Notes: generated from the sequence alone by a model not told the origin. A DNA stretch of 64,000 nt from Bacteroidota bacterium (GCA_020444275.1 JAHLLG010000002.1:938406-1002405), one strand, 5' to 3'; shown: positions 19,282 through 29,476, counted from the stretch's first letter. Program-made: numbers and translations.

Positions 19282-20166
19282 TTAACGCTTCTTAAATAAG
19301 TTCATTAAAGGTTTTACATAATCCTGGTCAGTAGCAATAGAAACAAAATCTACACCTGCCTTAACCAGAGTTTCGTTTACCGCTGCTTCCATTTTATTAT
19401 ACCAGTTTGCATAATTTCTTCGCAACGTGTTACTTGTTGTATCAACCCAGGCATATTCACCGGTTTCGGCATCCTTCATTCTCACTATACCTACAGAAGG
19501 AATTTCTTTTTCGCGTTTATCATATATTTTAAGTCCAATAACATCATGTTTTCTGTTAGCAATACGAATTGCTTCATCAAAACGTGGAGAGCCATTCTCG
19601 TCATCAATAAAGTCAGAAATTACAAAGGCAGTACTCCTTTTCTTTATAGCGTTAGTTAAATAACGCAATGCTTCAGAAATATTTGTTTCATTATTTTCCG
19701 GGGTAAACTCAATGAGCTCACGAATAATTCTTAATATATGTGATCTGCCTTTTTTAGGAGGTATAAATTTTTCTACCTTATCGCTAAATAAAATAACGCC
19801 GATTTTATCATTGTTATGAATTGCTGAAAACGATAAAACAGCTGAAATTTCAGTGATAAGGTTTTTCTTTAACTGTGTTTGTGTTCCAAAAACACGTGAA
19901 TTACTCACATCAACAAGCAACATCACAGTAAGCTCACGCTCTTCTTCAAATATTTTAATATATGGATGATTAAAACGAGCAGTTACGTTCCAGTCTATAT
20001 TTCTGATATCATCGCCATACTGATATTCACGCACTTCACTAAAAGCCATACCTCGGCCTTTAAATGCACTATGGTACTCACCGGCAAATATATTCTTGGA
20101 TAAGCCCCTTGTTTTAATCTCAATCTTACGTACTTTCTTAAGTAGTTCTGAAGCTTCCACACGCAA
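19282..20166 (-). CDS. DUF58 (VWA-like) MoxR-associated protein
   Basis: FKGRGMAFSEVREYQYGDDIRNIDWNVTAR, DVSNS and ISDF motifs. Confidence 0.93.
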   Translation of the reverse strand: MRVEASELLKKVRKIEIKTRGLSKNIFAGEYHSAFKGRGMAFSEVREYQYGDDIRNIDWNVTARFNHPYIKIFEEERELTVMLLVDVSNSRVFGTQTQLKKNLITEISAVLSFSAIHNNDKIGVILFSDKVEKFIPPKKGRSHILRIIRELIEFTPENNETNISEALRYLTNAIKKRSTAFVISDFIDDENGSPRFDEAIRIANRKHDVIGLKIYDKREKEIPSVGIVRMKDAETGEYAWVDTTSNTLRRNYANWYNKMEAAVNETLVKAGVDFVSIATDQDYVKPLMNLFKKR

Positions 20167-20185
20167 CGGTTTTAGTGGTTATACA

Positions 20186-20599
20186 TCAGTTATCTTCGAG
20201 CTTCTTCGTAATAATTGAAAAATACCATTCTTCTTTTTTAATTCTAATCACAAAATTATTTTTACCTGAAACATAATCGTACCAGGTTAAATTTTCTTTA
20301 TACTCGTACGTTTGATTTAACGAATCGATCATATTTTTTAACATGCTGTAATCGCACATTAAAATATGATACTTACAATATCCGTTTTCATCTAAAACAA
20401 ATAAGTACGTTCGGTAACCATCGAAATCTTCAAACTTGATGAAATTACTTTTACCCATAACTTCCTTCGAAAAATAGAAGTCTTTATGGTTTTCTTTCAT
20501 CTCCTTTTTAATTTCTAATTTGTGTTTACCTACATAACTTTGTGAATGAACGCTTAAGCTCGAAACTACAATAAACAGAAGTACAATTATTTTTTTCAT
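20186..20599 (-). CDS. Hypothetical secreted protein between moxR and the DUF58 gene
   Basis: Signal peptide (VHS-Q); tight operon spacing on both sides. Confidence 0.7.
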   Translation of the reverse strand: MKKIIVLLFIVVSSLSVHSQSYVGKHKLEIKKEMKENHKDFYFSKEVMGKSNFIKFEDFDGYRTYLFVLDENGYCKYHILMCDYSMLKNMIDSLNQTYEYKENLTWYDYVSGKNNFVIRIKKEEWYFSIITKKLEDN

Positions 20600-20617
20600 G
20601 ATGAGATTATGTAACTT

Positions 20618-21613
20618 TTATGGAACTTCGATCGTGTTCAGAATTTCCGTAATAATATCTTCACTTGTTACATTCTCTGCTTCGGCTTCGTATGATAATC
20701 CTATTCGATGACGCAATACATCGTGACTAACAGCACGAACATCTTCAGGAATTACATACCCTCTTCGTTTTATAAAAGCATAAGCTTTTGATGCCATTGC
20801 CAGATTAATACTAGCACGAGGAGATCCTCCATAGTTAATCATTGCAGAAAACTTATCCAAACCATATTTTTCAGGAAATCTGGTTGCAAAAACGATGTCT
20901 AAAATGTATCGTTCAATTTTTTCATCGATATATACATCTTTAACCACATTACGAGCATCAATAATGTTCTGTGGTTTTAAAATCGTATTTGCTTTTGGAA
21001 ATTCTTTGGCAATATTCTCACGAACAATAAGCTTTTCTTCTTCTAACTTAGGGTAGTCAACCACAACTTTTAACATAAAACGGTCGACCTGTGCCTCAGG
21101 TAACGGATAGGTACCTTCTTGTTCGATTGGGTTTTGCGTTGCCATAACTAAGAACGGTTTTGGCAGTTGATATGTTTGTTCCCCAATGGTTACCTGGCGC
21201 TCCTGCATTGCTTCTAGCAAAGCACTTTGAACTTTTGCAGGTGAACGGTTAATCTCATCAGCCAATACGAAGTTAGAAAAAACGGGCCCCTTTTTAACAT
21301 GAAACTCCTCTTTCTTCTGGCTATAAATCATTGTACCAATTAAATCGGCAGGCAATAAATCGGGAGTAAACTGAATTCGACTAAAGTCTGCATCAACTAC
21401 GCTTGCCAACGTATTAATTGCTAACGTTTTTGCCAACCCAGGAACACCTTCTAATAAGATATGTCCATCGGATAACAAACCAATTAAGAGAGAATCGACA
21501 AGGTGTTTTTGACCAACTATTACCTTGCCCATTTCCATTTTAATCATATCAACAAATGAACTCTCCTTCTCTATTCGGTCATTCAGTTCTTTTACATCAA
21601 CTGTTTCGTTCAT
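20618..21613 (-). CDS. moxR: MoxR-family AAA+ ATPase
   Basis: GVPGLAKT, RIQFTPDLLPAD, DEINR and ATQNPIEQEGTYPLPEAQVDRF motifs. Confidence 0.95.
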   Translation of the reverse strand: MNETVDVKELNDRIEKESSFVDMIKMEMGKVIVGQKHLVDSLLIGLLSDGHILLEGVPGLAKTLAINTLASVVDADFSRIQFTPDLLPADLIGTMIYSQKKEEFHVKKGPVFSNFVLADEINRSPAKVQSALLEAMQERQVTIGEQTYQLPKPFLVMATQNPIEQEGTYPLPEAQVDRFMLKVVVDYPKLEEEKLIVRENIAKEFPKANTILKPQNIIDARNVVKDVYIDEKIERYILDIVFATRFPEKYGLDKFSAMINYGGSPRASINLAMASKAYAFIKRRGYVIPEDVRAVSHDVLRHRIGLSYEAEAENVTSEDIITEILNTIEVP

Positions 21614-21833
21614 AGTTTAATAATTTTTGAAAAGATACATAAAAATTTTTGTTTTAAAAAAAGTAATAATTCTACTTCTGTCATTGTAAAATCATGGCAA
21701 TATTAAGGTATTTTATTGTTAAAAAATGTTAAAGGATTTTAAGAAAGACTAATGATAAGATCCTTTTGAATATGAGATTATATAATTATTTTAGCTTACT
21801 TATTTTTAACTGTGAAATTGTTAAATTTGAAAT

Positions 21834-22592
21834 GTGAAAAACAGGTATTTTATTCAATTAAGTTACAAAGGAACCCAATATCATGGATGGCAATTACAGC
21901 CTAATGCCATTACCGTGCAGGAAGTCCTAACCAAATCGTTATCAACAATTTTAAGAGAAACCATTGAAGTAACAGGGGCAGGAAGAACGGATACCGGAGT
22001 TCATGCTAGTTTTTTTATAGCACACTTTGATTCACAAAGTAAAGACTTACACGTTGATAAGAAAATTATATTTAAATTGAATAGCTTTTTACCACAAGAC
22101 ATTGCTATACAAAAAATCTTAAAAGTTAAAAATGAATCTCATGCTCGTTTTGATGCAAAAAGCAGAACATACCATTATTATATTCATCAACAAAAAGATC
22201 CTTTTTTAACTGAATCATCCTACTACTTCCCTCATAAGCTAGATGTAGAACTAATGAATAAGGCCTGTGAGCTTCTTTATCAGTTTACCGATTTTACAAG
22301 TTTTAGTAAACTTCACACCGATGTTAAAACGAACAATTGCGTTATTAAAAATGCTCTTTGGAAACAAGATCAACATAAATTGATTTTTGAAATAATCGCT
22401 GATCGTTTTTTACGGAATATGGTACGTGCCATTGTAGGAACTTTAATTGATGTTGGGAAAAATAAGATTTCTCTAAATGATTTTATTGAAATTATTGAAA
22501 GTAAGGACCGCTCAGCTGCCGGAGTTTCAGCTCCAGCACATGGACTATTCCTGTCTAATATAGAATATGACCCGAAAATCTTTAGTTCATAA
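21834..22592 (+). CDS. truA: tRNA pseudouridine(38-40) synthase
   Basis: YHGWQ, GAGRTDTGVHA, FLRNMVR and APAHGLFL motifs. Confidence 0.96.
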   Translation: MKNRYFIQLSYKGTQYHGWQLQPNAITVQEVLTKSLSTILRETIEVTGAGRTDTGVHASFFIAHFDSQSKDLHVDKKIIFKLNSFLPQDIAIQKILKVKNESHARFDAKSRTYHYYIHQQKDPFLTESSYYFPHKLDVELMNKACELLYQFTDFTSFSKLHTDVKTNNCVIKNALWKQDQHKLIFEIIADRFLRNMVRAIVGTLIDVGKNKISLNDFIEIIESKDRSAAGVSAPAHGLFLSNIEYDPKIFSS

Positions 22593-22686
22593 AAATTTGA
22601 TATCTAGAAACAGTTTAATGCCATATCTTAATAAAATTTATAATATTTTAAACTAACTAAAAATTAATTATTATCTTAGCCAGAGG

Positions 22687-22724
22687 TATTCATGAATGTT
22701 ATCAGTTCCCAATATTTATGAATA
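22687..22724 (+). promoter_or_regulatory. 14-bp RNA hairpin in the putative 5' leader of the GAF gene
   Basis: TATTCATGAATGTT-N10-AATATTTATGAATA pairs fully on the + strand with two G-U pairs. Confidence 0.4.
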
Positions 22725-22815
22725 ATACAGACAAATTTTAACAAGACTAATTCAAAAAAAAACATGAATTAAAAAGGTTAGAATATCTTTTATTTAATAA
22801 CTCAATTATTTAAAT

Positions 22816-24582
22816 ATGAATTTCAAATTTACGGTAGCTAAAAAGTTAATATTAGGCTTTGGAATTGTAACCATCGCTATTCTTATCAATATATTTCTTA
22901 TTGATAAAACATTAAAAGAGAGCATCGAAGTAAATGAAAACATATCAACAATATATGTGCCTTCGGCAGATTTAATTGGAGAGCTGTCCGATTTAATCGT
23001 AAGTTCAAAAATGCTTATTAAAAATTGGGTATATATAGAAAAGCAGCCTAACACACCCGATAAGCAAAAATTAATTGATCTTCATCGTACCAAGTTACCG
23101 AACATTCATGATAGAATTCTAAAAATTTATGATAACTGGTCGGCGGAAGAGCAAAAGGCGTATGAAGAAATATATGTAACGATAACTGACACGCTTTTCC
23201 CAATGCATCAGGACGTTATGAATAAATTGAGCACGTTGGAAAGTTATGATGATTTCTTTTTATTAATGACTGATATTTACACTAAAGTAGAAGAAGGTGG
23301 TGATATTATTGTTTTAAGCAATAAAGTAATTGATGATCTTAATAATCTTGTGGCTATTCAGGAAAGTAAAGTAGATCAAGCAAGACAAGAAATGGAAGAT
23401 TCCTTTGTTAATCTAGAGAATTTCATTTTTGTAGCAGGGATTATTTTAGTTGTAATTTCGATCATAATAGCTCTATTTCTTGCACAACTATTAATAAAAC
23501 CAATTCGAAAAATTAAGGATATCCTGATTATGATGGGCAAAGGAGTTATGCCAAATAAACAGATTAAAGAGCGTAACGACGAAATTGGTGAGATGGCAGC
23601 TGCTTTAAATGCTTTAATACGGGGATTAAAAGAAACTACAGACTTCTCAATAGAAATTGGAAAAGGCAACTTCGATAGTCCATTTGTTCCATTAAGCGAA
23701 GATGATGATTTAGGTAACGCCCTTCTTGAAATGAGAACAAATCTTAAACGTGCAACAGAAGAAGAAGCACGAAGGAAGAAAGAAGATGATCAGAGAAATT
23801 GGGCAACGCAAGGTATTGCAAAATTTGGTGATATCTTAAGACAAAATAATGACAATCTTGAGAAACTATCTTATGATGTAATAAGTAATTTAGTAAAATA
23901 TTGCGATGCCAACCAGGGTGGACTTTTTATTGTAAATGACGATGATGAGAACAATAAGTATATCGAGATGGCTTCAGCGTATGCTTTTAATAGAAAAAAG
24001 TTCCTTGAAAAGAAGATTGATATGGGCGTTGGATTAGTAGGAAGAGCTGTTCAGGAGGCCGAAACCATATATATTACTGATGTTCCTAACGATTATATAA
24101 ACATCAACTCAGGATTAGGTGATGAGAATCCGAAGAGTATTCTGATTGTTCCACTGGTTGTTAACGATCAGGTATATGGTGTAATAGAAATGGCATCGTT
24201 TAAAGAATTCGAAAAATACCAAATAGAGTTTGTTGAAAAAATTGGAGAAAATATTGCATCAACACTATCTTCGGTAAAAGTAAATATAAGAACTGCTGAG
24301 TTATTAGAAAGAACCAAACAGCAAGCAGAAGAGATGCGTGCACAGGAAGAAGAGATGCGACAGAATATGGAAGAGTTGCAAGCTACACAAGAAGAATCGG
24401 CACGACGAGAAGCAGAGCTTGAAAGAAAACTTGAAGAATATGAACGATTGAAAAAACAACAAGAACAGTTCATCAAAAAAATGGATGGTAAATTAACTGG
24501 CGGACTGGTTTCAGCGCTTGATGATGAAGAAGATGAGGATACAAATACAAACGATCAAGAAGAAGACGAAACAAAAAAATAA
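22816..24582 (+). CDS. Membrane sensor: TM - helical periplasmic domain - TM - HAMP - GAF - coiled coil, with no catalytic output domain
   Basis: MCP-like N-terminus (KKLILGFG), RNDEIGEM and DDLGNAL HAMP motifs, GAF (GVGLVG, SILIVPL, YGVIEMAS), QAEEMRAQEEEMRQNMEELQATQEE coil and acidic tail. Confidence 0.85.
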   Translation: MNFKFTVAKKLILGFGIVTIAILINIFLIDKTLKESIEVNENISTIYVPSADLIGELSDLIVSSKMLIKNWVYIEKQPNTPDKQKLIDLHRTKLPNIHDRILKIYDNWSAEEQKAYEEIYVTITDTLFPMHQDVMNKLSTLESYDDFFLLMTDIYTKVEEGGDIIVLSNKVIDDLNNLVAIQESKVDQARQEMEDSFVNLENFIFVAGIILVVISIIIALFLAQLLIKPIRKIKDILIMMGKGVMPNKQIKERNDEIGEMAAALNALIRGLKETTDFSIEIGKGNFDSPFVPLSEDDDLGNALLEMRTNLKRATEEEARRKKEDDQRNWATQGIAKFGDILRQNNDNLEKLSYDVISNLVKYCDANQGGLFIVNDDDENNKYIEMASAYAFNRKKFLEKKIDMGVGLVGRAVQEAETIYITDVPNDYININSGLGDENPKSILIVPLVVNDQVYGVIEMASFKEFEKYQIEFVEKIGENIASTLSSVKVNIRTAELLERTKQQAEEMRAQEEEMRQNMEELQATQEESARREAELERKLEEYERLKKQQEQFIKKMDGKLTGGLVSALDDEEDEDTNTNDQEEDETKK

Positions 24583-24597
24583 TATTGTAACCCATTT

Positions 24598-24632
24598 AAA
24601 AAGGAGCTTATTCTAAATAAGCTCTTTTTTTT
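24598..24632. terminator. Bidirectional terminator overlapping the stop of 24613..24951
   Basis: GAGCTTAT-N5-ATAAGCTC flanked by A- and T-tracts. Confidence 0.7.
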
Positions 24633-24951
24633 GGTCTATTTTGTCAATCAAATTATTCAGTATTTGATTAATTTCCGATAACTCAACTTTAATATGCTTA
24701 CAGTTAATACCCAAAATTGCAGAATTACTAATTATAAAATCAACCTTTTCCCTATTAATTAGTTGATTTACTTTATCAAGGATATTCGAATCGCGTAATT
24801 CTCTGCTTTTTATTTTACCTGCTAACTGATAACTTCTATTGCTTACATTGTACATTAAATAATATAAAGCCGCTTCGAAACTGTTTTCTGAAATAGTTAA
24901 TCCATCGTCGGTTGGAATAAGAACTTTTATCTCAAATCCTTTATCAGCCAT
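24613..24951 (-). CDS. Small protein, divergent NifB/NifX (FeMo-cofactor-binding-like) family
   Basis: KVLIPTDDGLTISENSFEAALYYLMY resembles the family N-terminus; start overlaps the patB stop. Confidence 0.55.
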   Translation of the reverse strand: MADKGFEIKVLIPTDDGLTISENSFEAALYYLMYNVSNRSYQLAGKIKSRELRDSNILDKVNQLINREKVDFIISNSAILGINCKHIKVELSEINQILNNLIDKIDQKKELI

Positions 24952-26122
24952 TGTTTAACTTTTTAATTGCATTTTCTAATTGAATTAGCGCATCTAAAAT
25001 GATTTGCTTCGGACAGGCAACATTCATTCTCATAAATCCTTCACCTCCGGTTCCAAACATTCTACCATCGTTAAAACCCAAGCCTGCATCTTCAATCATG
25101 AAATCCTTCAAGTCTTTTCCTTTTAGGTCGAGTTCAGAACAATCTAACCAAACTAAATAAGTTCCTTCGGGGCGCAGCATTTTTATTTTAGGAATTTTTT
25201 CTTCAAGATACTTTTCCAAAAAATCCAGATTTTCCGATAAATAATCAAGCAACTGATCAAGCCATTCTGAACCATAGGTATAGGCTGCTTCTGAAGCTAC
25301 AGTGCCAAACACATTTCCATTGCCAATATGAACTGTATCCAACACCTTATCAAATTTTTCCTTAAGCTCTTTGTTTGAGGTTATTACAGAGGAGGTTGCC
25401 AACGCAGCCATATTAAATGTTTTACTCGGAGCAACAAACGATACGGTATAATTTGCAATAGCTTGTGATATTGATGCCATAGGAGTATACTTGTGTTCTT
25501 TAAAAACCAGGTCGCCATGAATTTCGTCCGCCATAATTAAAACGTTATTTTCAACACACATTTCTCCCAAACGTTTCAATTCATCTTTTGTCCACACTGA
25601 ACCACCCGGGTTATGTGGATTTGAAAGAAGAATCATTTTAGCATCTTTTAGTTTTTCCTCTAAATCTTTGAAATCAATCTCATATCGTTTTCCTTTTAGT
25701 TTTAAAGGATTTTCAACTAATTCGCGATTATTATTTGTTACTGCCGAGAAGAATGGAAAATATACAGGCGGTTGTACAATTATTTTATCACCAGGACTTG
25801 TATATGCCATAACAGCCATATTCAGCGCCGGAACAATGCCAGGACTAAATGAAATCCAATCTTTTTCAATTCCCCAGCCGTGCCTGTTTTTTAGCCAATT
25901 TATTATGGATATGTAGTATGAATCCGGACGAATACTATAACCAAATATCTCATGGCTTGCTCGCTCTTTAATTGCATTAATAATAAAATCGGGTGTTTTA
26001 AAATCCATGTCGGCAACCCACATTGGAATTACTTCTTTGCTTTTAAAAAGTTTGCTTCGTAAATCGTATTTTACTGATGCCGTATTTTCCCGATTAATTA
26101 TTTCGTCAAAATTGTATTTCAT
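24944..26122 (-). CDS. patB: PatB/MalY-family PLP-dependent C-S lyase
   Basis: PMWVADMDF, NPHNP, DEIH, APSKTFN and PEGTYLVWLD motifs. Confidence 0.92.
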   Translation of the reverse strand: MKYNFDEIINRENTASVKYDLRSKLFKSKEVIPMWVADMDFKTPDFIINAIKERASHEIFGYSIRPDSYYISIINWLKNRHGWGIEKDWISFSPGIVPALNMAVMAYTSPGDKIIVQPPVYFPFFSAVTNNNRELVENPLKLKGKRYEIDFKDLEEKLKDAKMILLSNPHNPGGSVWTKDELKRLGEMCVENNVLIMADEIHGDLVFKEHKYTPMASISQAIANYTVSFVAPSKTFNMAALATSSVITSNKELKEKFDKVLDTVHIGNGNVFGTVASEAAYTYGSEWLDQLLDYLSENLDFLEKYLEEKIPKIKMLRPEGTYLVWLDCSELDLKGKDLKDFMIEDAGLGFNDGRMFGTGGEGFMRMNVACPKQIILDALIQLENAIKKLNNG

Positions 26123-26177
26123 GAAATATACTATTAGATACTGATTTTTAGTTGTTTGTTACTAAATTAATTTACAA

Positions 26178-26810
26178 TTACTCTGAGTACCCAACCGTTT
26201 GGCTATAGATCACTTTTTGGTTTTCTTTTAACTGCAGAGCTTCTCTTATCTCTTGTTTATCAATCCATGCTCTAAATACAGTTATCAAACCTTCCGAAGC
26301 ACAATATAAATAAACGTTCTGACCAATGAATCCGCAATGTGTTGCAGCAGTTACCATTTTGGTCTGATCATCACCTTTTCCTAACTTATTAAAATCTGAA
26401 ACATATATTAAATTAACGGCAGCTTTCTTAACAAATGCCTGCTTTCCTGACACTTTTCTTAAATCTTGATCATTGATTTGTTTCAATGTATGTGTTTCAG
26501 GTATATATAAAAAGACTCCATCTTTAGACGTTAGATAAATTTCAATATCCTGTTTATTTCGTGATGTTGGTGTTGTATGTTTATTATCTTCCGGTCTGTT
26601 AATACCATAAGCCGCCCAAAGTAAGTCTGATAATTGTTGTTCGGTTAAATCCTTATCAATAAAGTCACGATTAGATTGTCGCTCGTTTAAAGCTTGCATG
26701 AGCGGTTTCCCGCCAGTTTTATCAGGAGTCGGCAGGTCGATTACATTTTGAGCTATTAACTGATTCGAAAAAAACAATAACACAACTAGTGATAATTTAA
26801 CTTTTTTCAT
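26178..26810 (-). CDS. Exported SagB/ThcOx-like nitroreductase-family protein
   Basis: Signal peptide; ALNERQSNRDF, LLWAAYGINR and GQNVYLYCASEGL motifs. Confidence 0.85.
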   Translation of the reverse strand: MKKVKLSLVVLLFFSNQLIAQNVIDLPTPDKTGGKPLMQALNERQSNRDFIDKDLTEQQLSDLLWAAYGINRPEDNKHTTPTSRNKQDIEIYLTSKDGVFLYIPETHTLKQINDQDLRKVSGKQAFVKKAAVNLIYVSDFNKLGKGDDQTKMVTAATHCGFIGQNVYLYCASEGLITVFRAWIDKQEIREALQLKENQKVIYSQTVGYSE

Positions 26811-26816
26811 AACACT

Positions 26817-27206
26817 CTATTTTTGATTTAATTTGTCCATAAACTTTTTAGAATTAATGATATATCGGGTATGCGTTCCCTCTCCGATTTTTCCTTCTTC
26901 ATCCGTTGCAACTACATTAAAAACTAGCTTCTTACCATCAACTTCAAGCAGGGTTGCAGTGCACTCAACTTTCATTCCAACCGGTGTGGGTTTTAAATGC
27001 TTCACATTAACTTCAAACCCAACTGTGTTATGATCATCACCCAGGTATGGTAAAACCGTTTTTAAAGCTGCATTTTCCATTAAAGCAATCATTGCAGGTG
27101 TAGCAAAAACTTCAACCAATCCCGAACCATATTCTGCTGCAGTATCTTTTCGCTCAACGACTTGTTTTGCAGTATAAGTTATTCCTTCTTTTAAATTGAA
27201 CTCCAT
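26817..27206 (-). CDS. FlK-like hotdog-fold thioesterase
   Basis: GSGLVEVFATPAMIALME, HLKPTPVG and GTHTR motifs; likely start MEFNLK at 27206. Confidence 0.88.
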   Translation of the reverse strand: MEFNLKEGITYTAKQVVERKDTAAEYGSGLVEVFATPAMIALMENAALKTVLPYLGDDHNTVGFEVNVKHLKPTPVGMKVECTATLLEVDGKKLVFNVVATDEEGKIGEGTHTRYIINSKKFMDKLNQK

Positions 27207-27260
27207 ATTTCCATTTTTTAAATCGACTTTAAAGTTACCAAAACTATTCAATTATAAATG

Positions 27261-27295
27261 AAAAAAGGACATCGAAATCTTAATCAATGTCCTTT
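27261..27295 (-). terminator. Terminator of fprA
   Basis: AAAGGACAT...ATGTCCTTT stem plus A6 tract. Confidence 0.6.
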
Positions 27296-27316
27296 AATAA
27301 TATTCCATTTCATGTT

Positions 27317-28510
27317 TTATTCTTTTAGTTTTTTAGCCATTGCTTTGGCAATTACTTCGCAACGCTCAAAGGATTCATTTCCTGGAATTCCTTTAGTATC
27401 AATAGGATCATTTACCAAATCCCATTCCATTTTTTCATTGAATTTATACAATGCTTTTGCTCCTCCTCCGTTCCAACTGTAAGAACCGAATAATCCTAAG
27501 AATCGATTCTTTAATCCGATATGTTCCAGATTGCGTGTTAAATACTCCATGGTGGGTAACATACCAGAATTATATGCGCAACTTCCCAAAATTACTCCTT
27601 TATATCGCCAGATTTCATTAATCAGATATGACAAGTGTGTTTTAGAAGCATCGTAAACACGAATCTTTTTAATTCCTTCTTCGGATAACTTACGCGCTAT
27701 ATAATCGGCTAATTTAGCTGTATTTCCATACATCGATCCGTAAATAATCACAACGCCATTTTCAGCTTCGAACCTGCTCCATTTGTCATATAACGACAGC
27801 ACTTTATTTACATCTTTTCTCCAGATCGGGCCGTGTGTTGCACAAATGTATTTTACATCAACACCATCGAGTTTCTTAAAGGCTTTTTGAACCATATTGC
27901 TGTACTTACCAACAATGTTAGAAAAATAACGGCGCATATCTTCTTCGTAATAGTCTTCAAACTCTATTTCATCATCGAAAATTCCTCCGTCTAAAGTACC
28001 AAAACTACCAAAAGCATCGCCTGAAAAAAGAACCTTCTCGGTTAAATCATACGTCATCATGGTTTCTGGCCAGTGCACCCAGGGTGTCATAACAAATTTT
28101 AACTTGTGAAATCCTAAATCCAGCTCATCGCCATCTTCAACCTGATACTGCTTTTCTTTATATCCAAAATAAGAATCGACGATTTTAAATGTTTTCAGAT
28201 TTCCTACCAATTTAATCTCAGGGTATTTTTCAACAATCGTTTTAATTGCTCCTGAATGATCAGGCTCCATGTGGTTTATAATCAGATAATCGATAGGTTT
28301 GCCATTAATTAATTCTTCTATCTTTTCAAGATAATCATCAGATGATCCATACTCTAAGGTATCAACCAATGCAATTTTCTCATCAACAATTAAATAGGAA
28401 TTATACGATACACCATTAGGAATTGGCCACATATTTTCGAATAGATTGGTTCTTCTGTCGTTTGCTCCTAACCAGTGTATTTTATCGGTAACTTTAACTG
28501 TATTATGCAT
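27317..28510 (-). CDS. fprA: Flavodiiron protein (O2/NO reductase)
   Basis: HMEPDH, HWPE, SGDAFG metallo-beta-lactamase ligands plus flavodoxin SMYGNT. Confidence 0.94.
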   Translation of the reverse strand: MHNTVKVTDKIHWLGANDRRTNLFENMWPIPNGVSYNSYLIVDEKIALVDTLEYGSSDDYLEKIEELINGKPIDYLIINHMEPDHSGAIKTIVEKYPEIKLVGNLKTFKIVDSYFGYKEKQYQVEDGDELDLGFHKLKFVMTPWVHWPETMMTYDLTEKVLFSGDAFGSFGTLDGGIFDDEIEFEDYYEEDMRRYFSNIVGKYSNMVQKAFKKLDGVDVKYICATHGPIWRKDVNKVLSLYDKWSRFEAENGVVIIYGSMYGNTAKLADYIARKLSEEGIKKIRVYDASKTHLSYLINEIWRYKGVILGSCAYNSGMLPTMEYLTRNLEHIGLKNRFLGLFGSYSWNGGGAKALYKFNEKMEWDLVNDPIDTKGIPGNESFERCEVIAKAMAKKLKE

Positions 28511-28654
28511 TATTAAAATATTTTAGATATGAATTACTTTTTTATGTTTTGCGCAAAAATAGTATAAAAAATGTGATTTTTAGAACAAAAATATATGATA
28601 AAGATTAGGTTGTTAAGGTATCCTGAAACGATCAGCTCAATCTTCAAAAACTAT

Positions 28655-29476
28655 TCAATCTGTTTTCTTTATCTCTGAGACAAGTGGAAATTTTAGGTTT
28701 TCAGCAGTATCAAGAGTGGCTTTAACAGAACCAATAAGTATTTTAGCCTCGACCAAAACAGGTATTCGGTTTAAATCATCGGTAACCCATACAAAAAGAT
28801 CTTCACCTCCCTTAAAAATAGTGCCTTCAACAAGTAAGGCTGAGAATTTGATGGTACGGAATTTTCTTTTATCGTGTGTTTTTATTACTTCCTTTCCCAG
28901 GTACCTTACATAAAGATCAAATATCTCATTATCAATAATCATTCGAACCGGAATGGTATCATTAATTTTATACTGATCGAAATCTAAGTTTCGTATTTTA
29001 TAAACACCAGACACTACATCGTAAATGCTTCCGCTCATTTGTAAAGTATCTTCAGAATAAGGATCATCTGAATTTTCAGTTTGGGTATATATTAAACTAT
29101 CGGTGTAACTGAAAGTGAATTTATTATGCACTTTGTATCCGCCTTCATATGTGTCTCTTTCAAAAAAGTATGGTGCTAAATTATCTTTGCGTGCAAACGT
29201 CTGAAAATAATCTCTCACTTTAAATAACCAATCGTATGAAGGAATACTTGTTCCGTAACTAGTGAAGTGATATGCATCCACGCCATTATACGTTGTATCG
29301 TTTACATTGAACATTACCTTGCCAGCATTGAGCCAAATAAATCCTAAATTGTAAACTGCATCATAAGTAATTTTTTCGCCATCTTGAAATACCGGATATT
29401 GTTTTACGATCTGTTGAGATTTGGCATGTATGCCAAGAAATAAAAATAGAAATAATGCTATGATATTTTTTCTCAT
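28655..29476 (-). CDS. DUF3108-family exported protein
   Basis: FQDGEKITY, WLFKVRD and WVTDDLNRIPV motifs; likely start MRKNII at 29476. Confidence 0.8.
   Translation of the reverse strand: MRKNIIALFLFLFLGIHAKSQQIVKQYPVFQDGEKITYDAVYNLGFIWLNAGKVMFNVNDTTYNGVDAYHFTSYGTSIPSYDWLFKVRDYFQTFARKDNLAPYFFERDTYEGGYKVHNKFTFSYTDSLIYTQTENSDDPYSEDTLQMSGSIYDVVSGVYKIRNLDFDQYKINDTIPVRMIIDNEIFDLYVRYLGKEVIKTHDKRKFRTIKFSALLVEGTIFKGGEDLFVWVTDDLNRIPVLVEAKILIGSVKATLDTAENLKFPLVSEIKKTD

Noticed and set aside
26178-26810. SagB-like dehydrogenase as a sign of an azole RiPP cluster
   Set aside because: No YcaO or precursor gene is nearby and the protein has a Sec signal; it is a common stand-alone nitroreductase type.
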